Shown here one piece after another: positions 21,112-30,189 of a stretch of 64,000 nucleotides of DNA. Within the stretch, counting starts at the first letter, position 1. Each line of letters starts with the position of its first letter. A model generated the notes under the pieces. It was not told the DNA's origin. It saw only the letters and a program-made list of their open reading frames with translations, and searched no databases. A program made the translations under genes and the position numbers. The DNA is from a virus (lineage: Duplodnaviria > Heunggongvirae > Uroviricota > Caudoviricetes): IMG/VR virus record IMGVR_UViG_3300042349_000541, positions 30,773 to 94,772 of that record; one strand, written 5' to 3'.

Positions 21112-21903
21112 TTAAATAGTCTCCGAATTTAATAACGGTTTATCAACAATTCCGTTATTATAAACAATTTCCTGTGATAATCTATTATATTCTTCTTCCA
21201 TTGCAAGCCTGTATTTTTCTATTTCTATACCGGCTTCTTTTCTGAAATCCTTGTCTTCAATAAGGGCCGACACAAATTCGGTCCAAGTTTTTTTTGTATC
21301 TTCTATATTTTTAACACGCTGGTCCCGAGTACCTTTAATATCCTTTAATGCCGAAGCCTTACGGCTCATTAAATCCCGATACTCGTCCGACATGCTCTTG
21401 AGGGATATTTGAAGTGCCGAAATTTGTCTTTCGTTTAAGCTTATAAAATTAACATCCCATCCGGACTTGTCGCCCTGTTTTGCCATAGATATATCATATT
21501 CTAACTCCTCTATTTTTCTGCGGGAATCACCCTGAGATTTTAGAATTCTTTCGCATAAAACTTCGAGCTTGCATATATCTAATATCTGCATTTCTTCTGT
21601 GTGAAAAACATCGTCCTTAAACTGGGCATACATTTTTCTGTAATGATAATCCAGTAGTTTTAGTTCTTCGTCCGTAAACTGTTTCTGTAGGTGCCCGTAG
21701 AATGGCCTGCCCCTCAACTGATACTTTGCCTCAAGATCTACCTTCTGTACGGAAGTTACTCCAATGTTGTTGTGGACGTAATCCGCTATAACCGCAGTAC
21801 GTCTATTAAGTGCCGAGGCAATTTCTTCTATTGTCATTTTGTCCTTTTGGGACACTATGAAATTAATTTCTTCCGATGTAAGCTTACCTGTTTTTTTCGA
21901 CAT
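21112..21903 (-). CDS. Hypothetical HTH/coiled-coil protein, candidate terminase small subunit
   Basis: N-terminal HTH-like IEEIASALNRR and coiled coil; upstream of the large terminase. Confidence 0.35.
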   Translation of the reverse strand: MSKKTGKLTSEEINFIVSQKDKMTIEEIASALNRRTAVIADYVHNNIGVTSVQKVDLEAKYQLRGRPFYGHLQKQFTDEELKLLDYHYRKMYAQFKDDVFHTEEMQILDICKLEVLCERILKSQGDSRRKIEELEYDISMAKQGDKSGWDVNFISLNERQISALQISLKSMSDEYRDLMSRKASALKDIKGTRDQRVKNIEDTKKTWTEFVSALIEDKDFRKEAGIEIEKYRLAMEEEYNRLSQEIVYNNGIVDKPLLNSETI

Positions 21904-22351
21904 ATTCTTTGAGTATATTCATTATTTTTGTTTTGGCCGAGGCACTAATCTTTACGCCAGAACGTAGTTTTAAATAGGCTTTTCTATATTCTGCCGGTAT
22001 TATATCATCTAATTCATTCCAGTTAAACATGTTATTATATTCAACTTTTTTTATATCGAACGTGAGAGGTTCCGGTTGCACCAGATTTTTCTTGCACTCC
22101 TGAGCCTTTGTTATATCTTTATTGCCGTTAGGTCTAAAGTATTTGTCCCGTTTGAAAGTTTTTAAGCGGTTAGATATGTGTGTGGATACAAAATTCTCGA
22201 AGGGTCTTTTGCCATCCCATCTCTTATGTGCATCCATGCCCATAAGTATCGCCTCTTGTATTAAGTCCTCGGCGGTGTAATGGGCGAATTTGTACTTAGG
22301 AGCTATTGCTTTCGCAACTTTTATTATTAGGTCTATTTGTTCTTGTGACAT
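21884..22351 (-). CDS. Sigma70-family (region 2) RNA polymerase sigma factor
   Basis: EDLIQEAILMGMDAHKRWDGKRPFENFVSTHISNRL resembles sigma region 2. Confidence 0.7.
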   Translation of the reverse strand: MSQEQIDLIIKVAKAIAPKYKFAHYTAEDLIQEAILMGMDAHKRWDGKRPFENFVSTHISNRLKTFKRDKYFRPNGNKDITKAQECKKNLVQPEPLTFDIKKVEYNNMFNWNELDDIIPAEYRKAYLKLRSGVKISASAKTKIMNILKEYVEKNR

Positions 22352-22586
22352 AGTATATTATTATAGCTTCTGTAGAAGTAGATTGCGGGAGTCCTTGTAA
22401 CTCCGGTGTGCCTGTAGGCATTTAAAAATGGAGAATGCTCACTCCTTGTAAGTCGGGTGATTCATGTTTGGGATAAGGGGAAGATTGTGCGTAGACCACC
22501 CTCGATTTTATGAGGATATAAAGTAGTTTTCATTATGGCAGAAAATCCCCCCTAGTGGGGGGTATGTAAAAATTTTTCAAAAAAGA

Positions 22587-22928
22587 GTGAATATAGGCTT
22601 GCAATCTGTCGATGTATATGGTAAGTTCTTTGTGTCGGCTTGGGGGTTCCAAGCGGCAAAGGCTCCTTTTCTAAGGAACTTGATGATGGCAAGTTTGGTC
22701 GTTGTTACAAAAGTTTGGATTGAAGCAGAGGATCTCGTGCTGGCTACTTTAGCATTAAATGGATGCGGTACGAAAATGCTGAAAGACACTCATCCTTACG
22801 ACATGTACTGCTTCGAGAAGAAAATCGGTTTTAATATCACCGAATTAAATCGGTTATATAAGAATTTTCCGCGAACCATCGTGGCATATCCAGACGGAGA
22901 TGATTTTATTAGGAATCCGTTGGTATAG
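22587..22928 (+). CDS. Hypothetical protein (uncertain)
   Basis: 113-aa ORF with GTG start and no clear promoter. Confidence 0.3.
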   Translation: MNIGLQSVDVYGKFFVSAWGFQAAKAPFLRNLMMASLVVVTKVWIEAEDLVLATLALNGCGTKMLKDTHPYDMYCFEKKIGFNITELNRLYKNFPRTIVAYPDGDDFIRNPLV

Positions 22929-23098
22929 CATTCAGTCAGCAAAAAGAAAAAAGTCGGTTCATCTGTAGGGGCGGGCCGACTTTGTCGGTCTCGGCGTGTA
23001 AGTCTAAAGTATCTATTGCATTGTGCCGATATATATAGTACGATGTTAGTAGTCCGGTAGTTCCGGAAGTTAGTTTCTCGTCAGAAAGGATTCTGATC

Positions 23099-23230
23099 AT
23101 GCGATTGGTTATGTTGCTAGTGTTAGTATCGATTACAGGATGCCATGCAGTAGAAAAGGTAGCTCTCAAGGCTATACCTAAGGATCATGGACGATACGAA
23201 TTCGCGTTAGAGTTTACGCCTAAGCGATAA
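23099..23230 (+). CDS. Small putative lipoprotein (43 aa)
   Basis: Below the track cut-off. MRLVMLLVLVSITGCHAVEK... with lipobox-like ITGC, RBS AGAAAGGA and an upstream promoter. Confidence 0.65.
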   Translation: MRLVMLLVLVSITGCHAVEKVALKAIPKDHGRYEFALEFTPKR

Positions 23231-23400
23231 TAGTTAACAATCGATAAAAGGTCGGTCTATCCGGGAGGGTGGGCCGACTTTGTCGGTCTCGTGACGAAAT
23301 GTTGTAGTTACTATTGCATTATGTCGATAATATGATAGACTGGTTTGTGTTGGGTTTGGGAGTTCCAAGCCAACAAAAGTTTTTCGAAAGGGTTTGAACT

Positions 23401-23730
23401 ATGTCGGCTACTTACAGTGAATTCGTAGGAATGGCATCGCTCGCGAACACGCTCGCAAAGATGGTTGCTACACTTGAGGCTGAACAGATTGTCGAAGCAT
23501 TCTTGATTTCACAGAATGTTGCAAACTGCATCGCCTACGATTTTGCAGACAACGGCGTTGAGCTTCATAACAAAATGAAGTGGGTCTTTTCTGAGCTATC
23601 GAATGCAACGGTTTTCGACCCGGCAATCTGGAATACAATCGTTGATAACGAGATGATTGATGCATGTTCCAAGGTGGTAGAAAAGCATCGGCAGAAGCAT
23701 GAGATGAACAGGCTTATGGAAATTCTGTAG
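23401..23730 (+). CDS. Hypothetical early protein (cassette 2)
   Basis: RBS GAAAGGG; followed by a terminator. Confidence 0.8.
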   Translation: MSATYSEFVGMASLANTLAKMVATLEAEQIVEAFLISQNVANCIAYDFADNGVELHNKMKWVFSELSNATVFDPAIWNTIVDNEMIDACSKVVEKHRQKHEMNRLMEIL

Positions 23731-23745
23731 TAACGAAAACGAATT

Positions 23746-23776
23746 CCGGCCCCGCTTTTGCGGGGTCGGTTTTTTT
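23746..23776 (+). terminator. Intrinsic terminator
   Basis: CCGGCCCCGC-TTTT-GCGGGGTCGG plus T-tract. Confidence 0.85.
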
Positions 23777-23847
23777 ACGCCTTGATATTGATAGCGTGAG
23801 AATAGGCCGACATTGTCGGTCTCGTCCTTGAGTCAAAGTGTAAAGAA

Positions 23848-23876
23848 TTGACAAACTATTTAAGGTGTGGTATAAT
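23848..23876 (+). promoter_or_regulatory. Consensus sigma70 promoter with no downstream ORF
   Basis: TTGACA-N17-TATAAT with an extended -10 TG. Confidence 0.85.
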
Positions 23877-24095
23877 AGACGGATCATAGGTAATGTAGGT
23901 ATAATCGTTAGAATAGGTATAATCGTTAAGATGAGTAAGATTATTAAGTTGGTTATGGTTGGCGGGTCGGTGAGAAGGGCCGACTTTGTCGGTCTCGTCA
24001 TGAATGTTGCTCTTTTTTGTTGACATATAGCTAAATAGTGCTATTATGTTTATATCGGTTCGAGTGTTTTACAGTGTTTTTTTTAAGGGTGTATT

Positions 24096-24341
24096 ATGAT
24101 GAATGCAATTGATAGACTTCGCGATGAGAACCGCAGGATTAGGTTTCTTAAGCCTAACAATGTTATAAGCATAAAAGGCAGAGAAGGACTGTTTTTTGTC
24201 GAGTGCGTTTTTGGAATGCCGGGTCTTAATGATTCTGTTAAGGTCAGAGAGGTTTACCCGGAAGATTATTCCGATCTGCCATCAACTGAGAGTTTTGAGG
24301 TGTCGATATTTGATATCGAAAAAATCGTGGACAGAAATTAA
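24096..24341 (+). CDS. Hypothetical early protein (cassette 4)
   Basis: Promoter at 24020, RBS AAGGG, terminator at 24361-24384. Confidence 0.8.
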   Translation: MMNAIDRLRDENRRIRFLKPNNVISIKGREGLFFVECVFGMPGLNDSVKVREVYPEDYSDLPSTESFEVSIFDIEKIVDRN

Positions 24342-24532
24342 CTCAAGAGCATTTGAGATTGCCCCGCTTCGGCGGGGTTTTTTTATAAGCTTTAAAATGT
24401 AATAGATTGGAAAGGGCCGACTTTGTCGGTCTCGTCCCAAAATGCTTGACATTTGATTTAAATATGCTCTAATGGTTTTATCGCTGATCAACGTGATCGG
24501 CAAACAAGGGTTTTAGTTTAAGGGTTACAGTT

Positions 24533-24961
24533 ATGAAAATGTCGCAAGTGTTGGCAATTCCTCATCAAATCATCGATTCGGTTACACCTGAATCTTTTGC
24601 AAAAGAAACCGGAGCTTGCCTAGTAATAGGCAAAAGACTGATCAGGGATTCCACCGTGGGATCGGGATTCGCAGAAACCGAAAAAATCATGCCGGTTCTG
24701 TCACTGATTCCAAAGCAGAAAAAACGGAAGCAAACCGAATCTTCGGTCAAATTTGATACGACAGCAGAACGGCGGATCATTGACGGCGATTCCGAAAGAG
24801 CAAAACGAATCGAACGATACCGAACGATGGCCGAACAGGGACCAATCGAAGATAAGTTCGAAGAAAATGAGCGTGAATTGATGAAGAAACAAATTACTTT
24901 CTGCGATCTGGCTCTCAAGGCCGGATGGATGCAGGAAGATGAATTCGAAGACGACGAATAA
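24533..24961 (+). CDS. Hypothetical early protein (cassette 5)
   Basis: Promoter at 24446; terminator CCCCCC-GAAA-GGGGGG-T7 at 24979-25001. Confidence 0.8.
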   Translation: MKMSQVLAIPHQIIDSVTPESFAKETGACLVIGKRLIRDSTVGSGFAETEKIMPVLSLIPKQKKRKQTESSVKFDTTAERRIIDGDSERAKRIERYRTMAEQGPIEDKFEENERELMKKQITFCDLALKAGWMQEDEFEDDE

Positions 24962-25154
24962 TCAGTAGGTTCGAATCGCCCCCCGAAAGGGGGGTTTTTT
25001 TATGGAAAGAAAAAATATCCCTCGGGAGAATGGGCCGACATTGTCGGTCTCGTCGCGATCTGAATACTTTTCTGTTGACTTTAAAAATTGATATGGTAAG
25101 ATGTATTTGTGGTCGGAAAGTTTCCGATACGAAAAACCTTTTTTGGAGTTAGTT

Positions 25155-25505
25155 ATGAGAGCTAGTGAATTGTTGGCCCGCGAACATGCTATTCTAGGTA
25201 GTGTCACCGTTGAATCATTCGCAATTGATTGCAAAATCGGCATTGTCACAGGAACGGTCAATATCGATGGTCAAGAATTTGAGAAAACCACAACGGCAAT
25301 CTCAATCATTCGTCCAAAGCGTAAAAAAGCGAAGCCGGTTGATACTTCCAAAGCAATCAAGGCCCGTAACATTGGAATTTATCAGTCGCAAGCTGATAAT
25401 GCTGAGGAACTACCGTTTGTCGGCGGGCAAATCGATGAAATGGCTCAGCTTGGAGCGTACATGACGTTCCTGAATGCGATGCTTGCGGGCGTTCATGGGA
25501 ACTAG
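25155..25505 (+). CDS. Hypothetical early protein (cassette 6)
   Basis: Start moved to ATG 25155 (RBS GGAG); terminator at 25523-25548. Confidence 0.8.
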   Translation: MRASELLAREHAILGSVTVESFAIDCKIGIVTGTVNIDGQEFEKTTTAISIIRPKRKKAKPVDTSKAIKARNIGIYQSQADNAEELPFVGGQIDEMAQLGAYMTFLNAMLAGVHGN

Positions 25506-25700
25506 ACCTTGGTTGATTGAGACCCCCCGAAAGGGGGGTTATTTTTTTGGAGTATATTTTTGCTTACGTGCGAATGGGCCGACTTTGTCGGTCTCGTTGG
25601 GAATGTTTGATCAATTGCTTGACATTGGATTTTTATATGGTAGAATGATTACGTTGTCGGCGAGTGACTGACAGCAAGAAACCTTTTTGGAGTTAGTGCT

Positions 25701-25955
25701 ATGAAGTATTACCGAGTACAGGTAAACGGCGGATCTTGGGTTAATTGTACAACGCTTTCAAGCGTAAAGCAGGTAATCAAAGGGGCGAATCAAATCGCCA
25801 TAGTTGAAAGAATCATCATCGACAAAGGAGATGAAAAAACTGGAATCGTCATCACAAAAACACTGACTCAGTTGAAAAAAGATTCTTGGTTTTCGGAGAC
25901 TCGTAAAGACGATGTCAAGTTCATGCAAAGGGTCATGAAAGCCCGCATCAAATAA
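25701..25955 (+). CDS. Hypothetical early protein (cassette 7)
   Basis: Promoter at 25619, RBS GGAG, terminator at 25981-26004. Confidence 0.8.
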   Translation: MKYYRVQVNGGSWVNCTTLSSVKQVIKGANQIAIVERIIIDKGDEKTGIVITKTLTQLKKDSWFSETRKDDVKFMQRVMKARIK

Positions 25956-26166
25956 TCCAAAAAGGTGCTCGAAAGAGCGTCCCCCCGAAAGGGGGGATTT
26001 TTTTGTGTCCATTCTGCGTAGAAATGCTGGAATAGGCCGACTTTGTCGGCCTCGCGTGTGTCAAGTAAAATCTTTATATTTTTTTTCTTTCTATAATCGC
26101 TTGACATGCGAAAATCTCAGTGTATAATGTATGCATCGCCCCAAGGAACTCTCAAGGAGAAAAGTC

Positions 26167-26424
26167 ATGGCAAATGATTTAAGCGATTTCGATACTCAAT
26201 TGCAAGTTGAGGATACTGAGGAATATCAAGATTTCTTGGATTCTCAGGAATCGGCACAGCAACACCAAATCGACGGCGACAATGCACTGACGACCATCAT
26301 TGAGGATATTCAGTATCTTCAACGTAGGATCAACAAGTTCCAAGAAGAATTCGGAACGTCGTCGGCTATGCAAGGTGCTGTAGCGGCTCTCACAACGATC
26401 AAAAGCAAAATCGCTGAGCGATAG
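26167..26424 (+). CDS. Acidic hypothetical early protein (cassette 8)
   Basis: Promoter at 26101, RBS AGGAG; D/E-rich. Confidence 0.8.
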   Translation: MANDLSDFDTQLQVEDTEEYQDFLDSQESAQQHQIDGDNALTTIIEDIQYLQRRINKFQEEFGTSSAMQGAVAALTTIKSKIAER

Positions 26425-26677
26425 AAAGGTTTAAAGGTTTAAATAGTGCTAAAAGCTAGACCACCGCCCTAACGGGTGTATTTTTAAAGTCTTTTAGAAT
26501 AAGATTGCAGACGAATCGGCTTACCCCCAAGGACATGTTGCGGGTGGGCCGACTTCGTCGGCCTCGATCATGTCAAGTGAAATGTTTATATTTTTATTTT
26601 TAGTGCAAATGCTTGACATAGCGATTTAATCATGTATAATATATGCATGACAAGTTGATAACTTTCGGGAGTGAATC

Positions 26678-27016
26678 GTGGACAAGTTTACTGAGTCTTA
26701 TATCGGAACTGCTTTGTGGTCATCTACCGATTCTTCGGATCATCCATTGGATTGCAATTATGACACCGACGACATTTCGCCGGAATGCATGAAGCAAATG
26801 ATTGAAGATTGCAAGGCATTTCAGGAGACTGCTGGCGATATGATCGTCGGGAATGAAGAACGTGCAGGACACGACTTCTGGCTCACACGTAACGGTCACG
26901 GTGCCGGATTTTGGGATGGTGATTGGATTCAGCACGGAGACAAGCTCACGGGGATTTCCAAAGCATACGGATCAGTAGATTTGTATGTTGGCGACGACGG
27001 TAAGATTTATTGCTAG
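26678..27016 (+). CDS. Conserved phage early protein (GHDFWLTRNGHGAGFWDGD motif)
   Basis: Acidic 112 aa; I recall this motif from uncharacterised phage early proteins; promoter at 26613. Confidence 0.75.
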   Translation: MDKFTESYIGTALWSSTDSSDHPLDCNYDTDDISPECMKQMIEDCKAFQETAGDMIVGNEERAGHDFWLTRNGHGAGFWDGDWIQHGDKLTGISKAYGSVDLYVGDDGKIYC

Positions 27017-27172
27017 CTATGGCAGACGAGGTCGGCTGGGCCGACTTCGTCGGCCTCGTCAATGTCAACTGAAATAATAAAATATATTTTGTTGGCATGA
27101 ATGCTTGACATAGCCGAAAGCCAGTGTATAATTGATGCATAACGCCAAACAACTCTTTTGAAAGGTAGAATT

Positions 27173-27514
27173 ATGAGCAATCCAAAGTATCATTCAATGA
27201 ATTTTTGCAATGTTCCTATTTTCGTACAAAATAGGCAAACGTACAAAAATACATTTGTTCGTGCGACCATCGGCGACGATAAACAGGAAGTTTTCGAAGA
27301 AAATGAATGCTCGGAAATGCATCTGTACAAAGTGCTGCTGCCCGACGATACGACGAAGTTCGTTCTTGCGTGCGATGGATCAAGTGCAATCGGCCAAGCA
27401 ACTTGCGGATACAAATTCGAAGTCCTTATCCTTGAAAAGGCAGAGTTTGAAAAACGATGCTTTGCCTTGCGGGTGCCTTTGAGAATTCAGGGCTGGGGCA
27501 GCGAGGAAGTGTAG
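27173..27514 (+). CDS. Hypothetical early protein (cassette 10)
   Basis: Promoter at 27105, RBS GAAAGG. Confidence 0.75.
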   Translation: MSNPKYHSMNFCNVPIFVQNRQTYKNTFVRATIGDDKQEVFEENECSEMHLYKVLLPDDTTKFVLACDGSSAIGQATCGYKFEVLILEKAEFEKRCFALRVPLRIQGWGSEEV

Positions 27515-27705
27515 CGATCAGATGTCAAGCCCACCCCTAACTAATGGGGTGGGCCGACTTCGTCGGCCTCGATTGAGTCAAGTGAAATAATAATCTTTTT
27601 TTTATATGTATCAATCGCTTGACATGGCCGAACCTTGTGGTAAAATTAACGCATAAGCAACGACGGGTTGCAAGTAAGTTGGTTCTTTTTTGAGAGGGTT
27701 GATTA

Positions 27706-27984
27706 ATGAATACTTCTTCTGTTGGATTGCGAAAAGCCGAAACGATGGTTAAGGAATACTCGCCTGAGGAAATCAAGGAAGCGTACAAGATTCACGAACA
27801 GGCACAGCGAGAAGCAAGGGTGGTTGAAATTCGGCGTAAGCTGGAGCACCACCAATCCAGAATTGACGATCAGGTGCAGACCATTCGGGGTATTCGAGCA
27901 CGAGAACGTGTGGCTTTGGCGACACTCGCACAACTGAATGAAAAGTTGGAAGCGTTCAAGAAGGGCGATACGGAAGCGATCTAG
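27706..27984 (+). CDS. Coiled-coil hypothetical early protein (cassette 11)
   Basis: Promoter at 27619, RBS GAGAGG. Confidence 0.75.
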   Translation: MNTSSVGLRKAETMVKEYSPEEIKEAYKIHEQAQREARVVEIRRKLEHHQSRIDDQVQTIRGIRARERVALATLAQLNEKLEAFKKGDTEAI

Positions 27985-28314
27985 CCCGAAGCACAATACT
28001 ATATGCTAGACCCAGTCCCGTGAAAGCCGGGACGGGTCGCTGCAAAGCGGCTCCGGTGCTCATAATATAGTAATATTATAATAAAGGTTGAATTTCGGTA
28101 AAGCTTGACGTTTTACTTGCCAACTGCCTTGTGCGGAAAAAATTCACCGATTATGTTGGTCCACCCTTGACAAAGGGGTGGGCCGACTTCGTCGGCCTCG
28201 AAACTGTCAAGTGTAATAAAAATATTTTTTTTGTTTGTGCATTTACTTGACATGGCAAAACCCTATGGTAAAATATTAGCATGTAAGTTAGTCAATTACT
28301 TCATGGAGTTTGAA

Positions 28315-28770
28315 ATGGTTACTTTTGCATCGCTTCAAAAAAAATCCACGCTTTGCAGGTCCGGTTGTTATACGGTTTTTATGAAAATCGGTAAAGTTGG
28401 AGTAAAGCTGTTCCAACGGGAAGACGACCGTGATGTAGCATTCAGTGAACAATGCAAGGCTCACAACTGCGGTTTGGGACCGAGAGCCATCAAGAAATTT
28501 CATTTTTTCGATGCAGACACCAATGAATTTTGGTATGCTTACACAACAGAAGTCGTGAAAACTTTCAAAAGAGGCCGCATTCGTGGAAGGGCGGAACGTA
28601 GGATAAACACCATGATTGATGAGCTTCAAGAGAAGCTGCTAAAAGAAAACCTAGATATTGAAGATCTGCATTATTACAATGTGGGCGTTTCTAAGGGAAA
28701 ACTGGTACGAATAGATTTCGGACCAACAAGCAGCGGGCAGCTTCCCATGTGTATGCAACGTTGGGATTAA
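28315..28770 (+). CDS. Minimal protein-kinase-like (ePK/RIO/APH fold) enzyme
   Basis: Gly loop RSGCYTVF, VGVKLF (Lys), EDLHYYNV (catalytic loop) and RIDFG. Confidence 0.75.
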   Translation: MVTFASLQKKSTLCRSGCYTVFMKIGKVGVKLFQREDDRDVAFSEQCKAHNCGLGPRAIKKFHFFDADTNEFWYAYTTEVVKTFKRGRIRGRAERRINTMIDELQEKLLKENLDIEDLHYYNVGVSKGKLVRIDFGPTSSGQLPMCMQRWD

Positions 28771-28986
28771 ACAGTCGGTGAAGTTGGCCAGCGATTGGGT
28801 GGGCCGACTTCGTCGGCTTCGCCGGAATGTCAAGAACAAAATCCGAATAATCCCGAAAAAAGTAAAATCTAAAAATATCCCTTGATTGCTTGACATAGGG
28901 AAACGATATGGTAAAATAATTGCATAAGAGCGAATGACAGTCAAACGCTCAAAGTTGAAACGGTTTTTGATTCAAAGGTGCAAATT

Positions 28987-30189
28987 ATGCCAATTACTAA
29001 TCTTTCGAAGTTGGATGCTGCGGGTATGGGCAACAAAGGTGAATTCGTGAAAACACTGGAGGGGCAGGTCGGCGTAGGATTCGCGGCAGGATTCCATGTT
29101 CACAAGGACTGGATGTCCAAGACAATTGACTACGATACGGCGTTGGAAGAAATCAGCAAAGCCGAGCAGGAACGGCACGATTATATCCTCGATGCGGACC
29201 AAGTCAAGTTCGTTGTCACCGAAACCGACAAATTCGCGGTCGAAATTGACGGGAAGCAATATTCCCCCACGGAACACAGTTTCCCGCAAATGTCACAGAA
29301 AATCCTTGTTATGTCGTCGTCGATCCTTCGCGAGATGGCTGCATCTGAACCGGATAGGCAAGATGCCGAAACAATGGTTTCGCTTGCTCGAAATTCGCTG
29401 CGGCATGTCAAGACGGGAACCAAGTTTTTCGTCCGGACATACACGGATGGAACTTTGCGGGCTTGGTTCTCGGATAAGTATGCCCCGGTCGATAACCGAT
29501 GGTATTTGGAAACCCTCAGGGAATTACTACCAAGTGCCCGATTGTCTCACTGGAAATCCACCGAAGATACACTTTGGGGCAACTTGCTACTTCCGGACAG
29601 CATGAAAAACGTGCCAGACGATCAAGATTCCGATTTTGGCTGTATGCTCAGCGTGGCCAATTGCGAAATCGGCAAACGTCGGCTCAACTTGCTCCCCTCG
29701 ATTTTTCGGTCGATTTGTCTCAATGGTAATATTTGGGATCAAAAACACGGCGTAGCAATCCGTCGCAAGCATATGGGCAACATTGACCTTGCAACGCTCA
29801 AGACCGAAATTGGCGAGTCGATCAAGGCACAATTGCCTATCGCGACGGAAGCAATCGATAAATTCCTTGCAACCCGAAAGCTTGAAATTTCAACGAATGC
29901 CCGCGACGTTCTGGCGGTTATTGCGATGGACGAAAAACTCACAGTGGCGGAAGCATATCGGGCCTATAAAGCTCACGACTTGTTCGAGTCCGAAAGCAAC
30001 AATTTGTTCGGAATTGTCAATGCAATCACTCGCATGGGGCAATCGTTCAACGCTGAAACCAACTATTCGATGGATGTACTCGGCGGAAAACTTTCTCAAA
30101 TGACATCCGGCGGTTGGGATAGGATTGTTTCCAAGTCCCGCAGTATCAACGCTGATGATATCATGAGCGTTTATGGGGTGGCCGTCTAG
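28987..30189 (+). CDS. DUF932-family protein
   Basis: FFVRT...RAWFSDKYAPVDN and NCEIGKRRLNLLPSIFRSICLNG match the DUF932 pattern as I recall it. Confidence 0.7.
   Translation: MPITNLSKLDAAGMGNKGEFVKTLEGQVGVGFAAGFHVHKDWMSKTIDYDTALEEISKAEQERHDYILDADQVKFVVTETDKFAVEIDGKQYSPTEHSFPQMSQKILVMSSSILREMAASEPDRQDAETMVSLARNSLRHVKTGTKFFVRTYTDGTLRAWFSDKYAPVDNRWYLETLRELLPSARLSHWKSTEDTLWGNLLLPDSMKNVPDDQDSDFGCMLSVANCEIGKRRLNLLPSIFRSICLNGNIWDQKHGVAIRRKHMGNIDLATLKTEIGESIKAQLPIATEAIDKFLATRKLEISTNARDVLAVIAMDEKLTVAEAYRAYKAHDLFESESNNLFGIVNAITRMGQSFNAETNYSMDVLGGKLSQMTSGGWDRIVSKSRSINADDIMSVYGVAV

Noticed and set aside
24965-24980. tRNA fragment (GGTTCGAATC) after cassette 5
   Set aside because: Only a T-loop-like word with no supporting stems; it runs into the terminator.
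27990-28060. c-di-GMP-I riboswitch or hammerhead ribozyme
   Set aside because: Only scattered word matches; the P1/P2 pairing does not fit, there is no CTGATGA core and no regulated downstream ORF.
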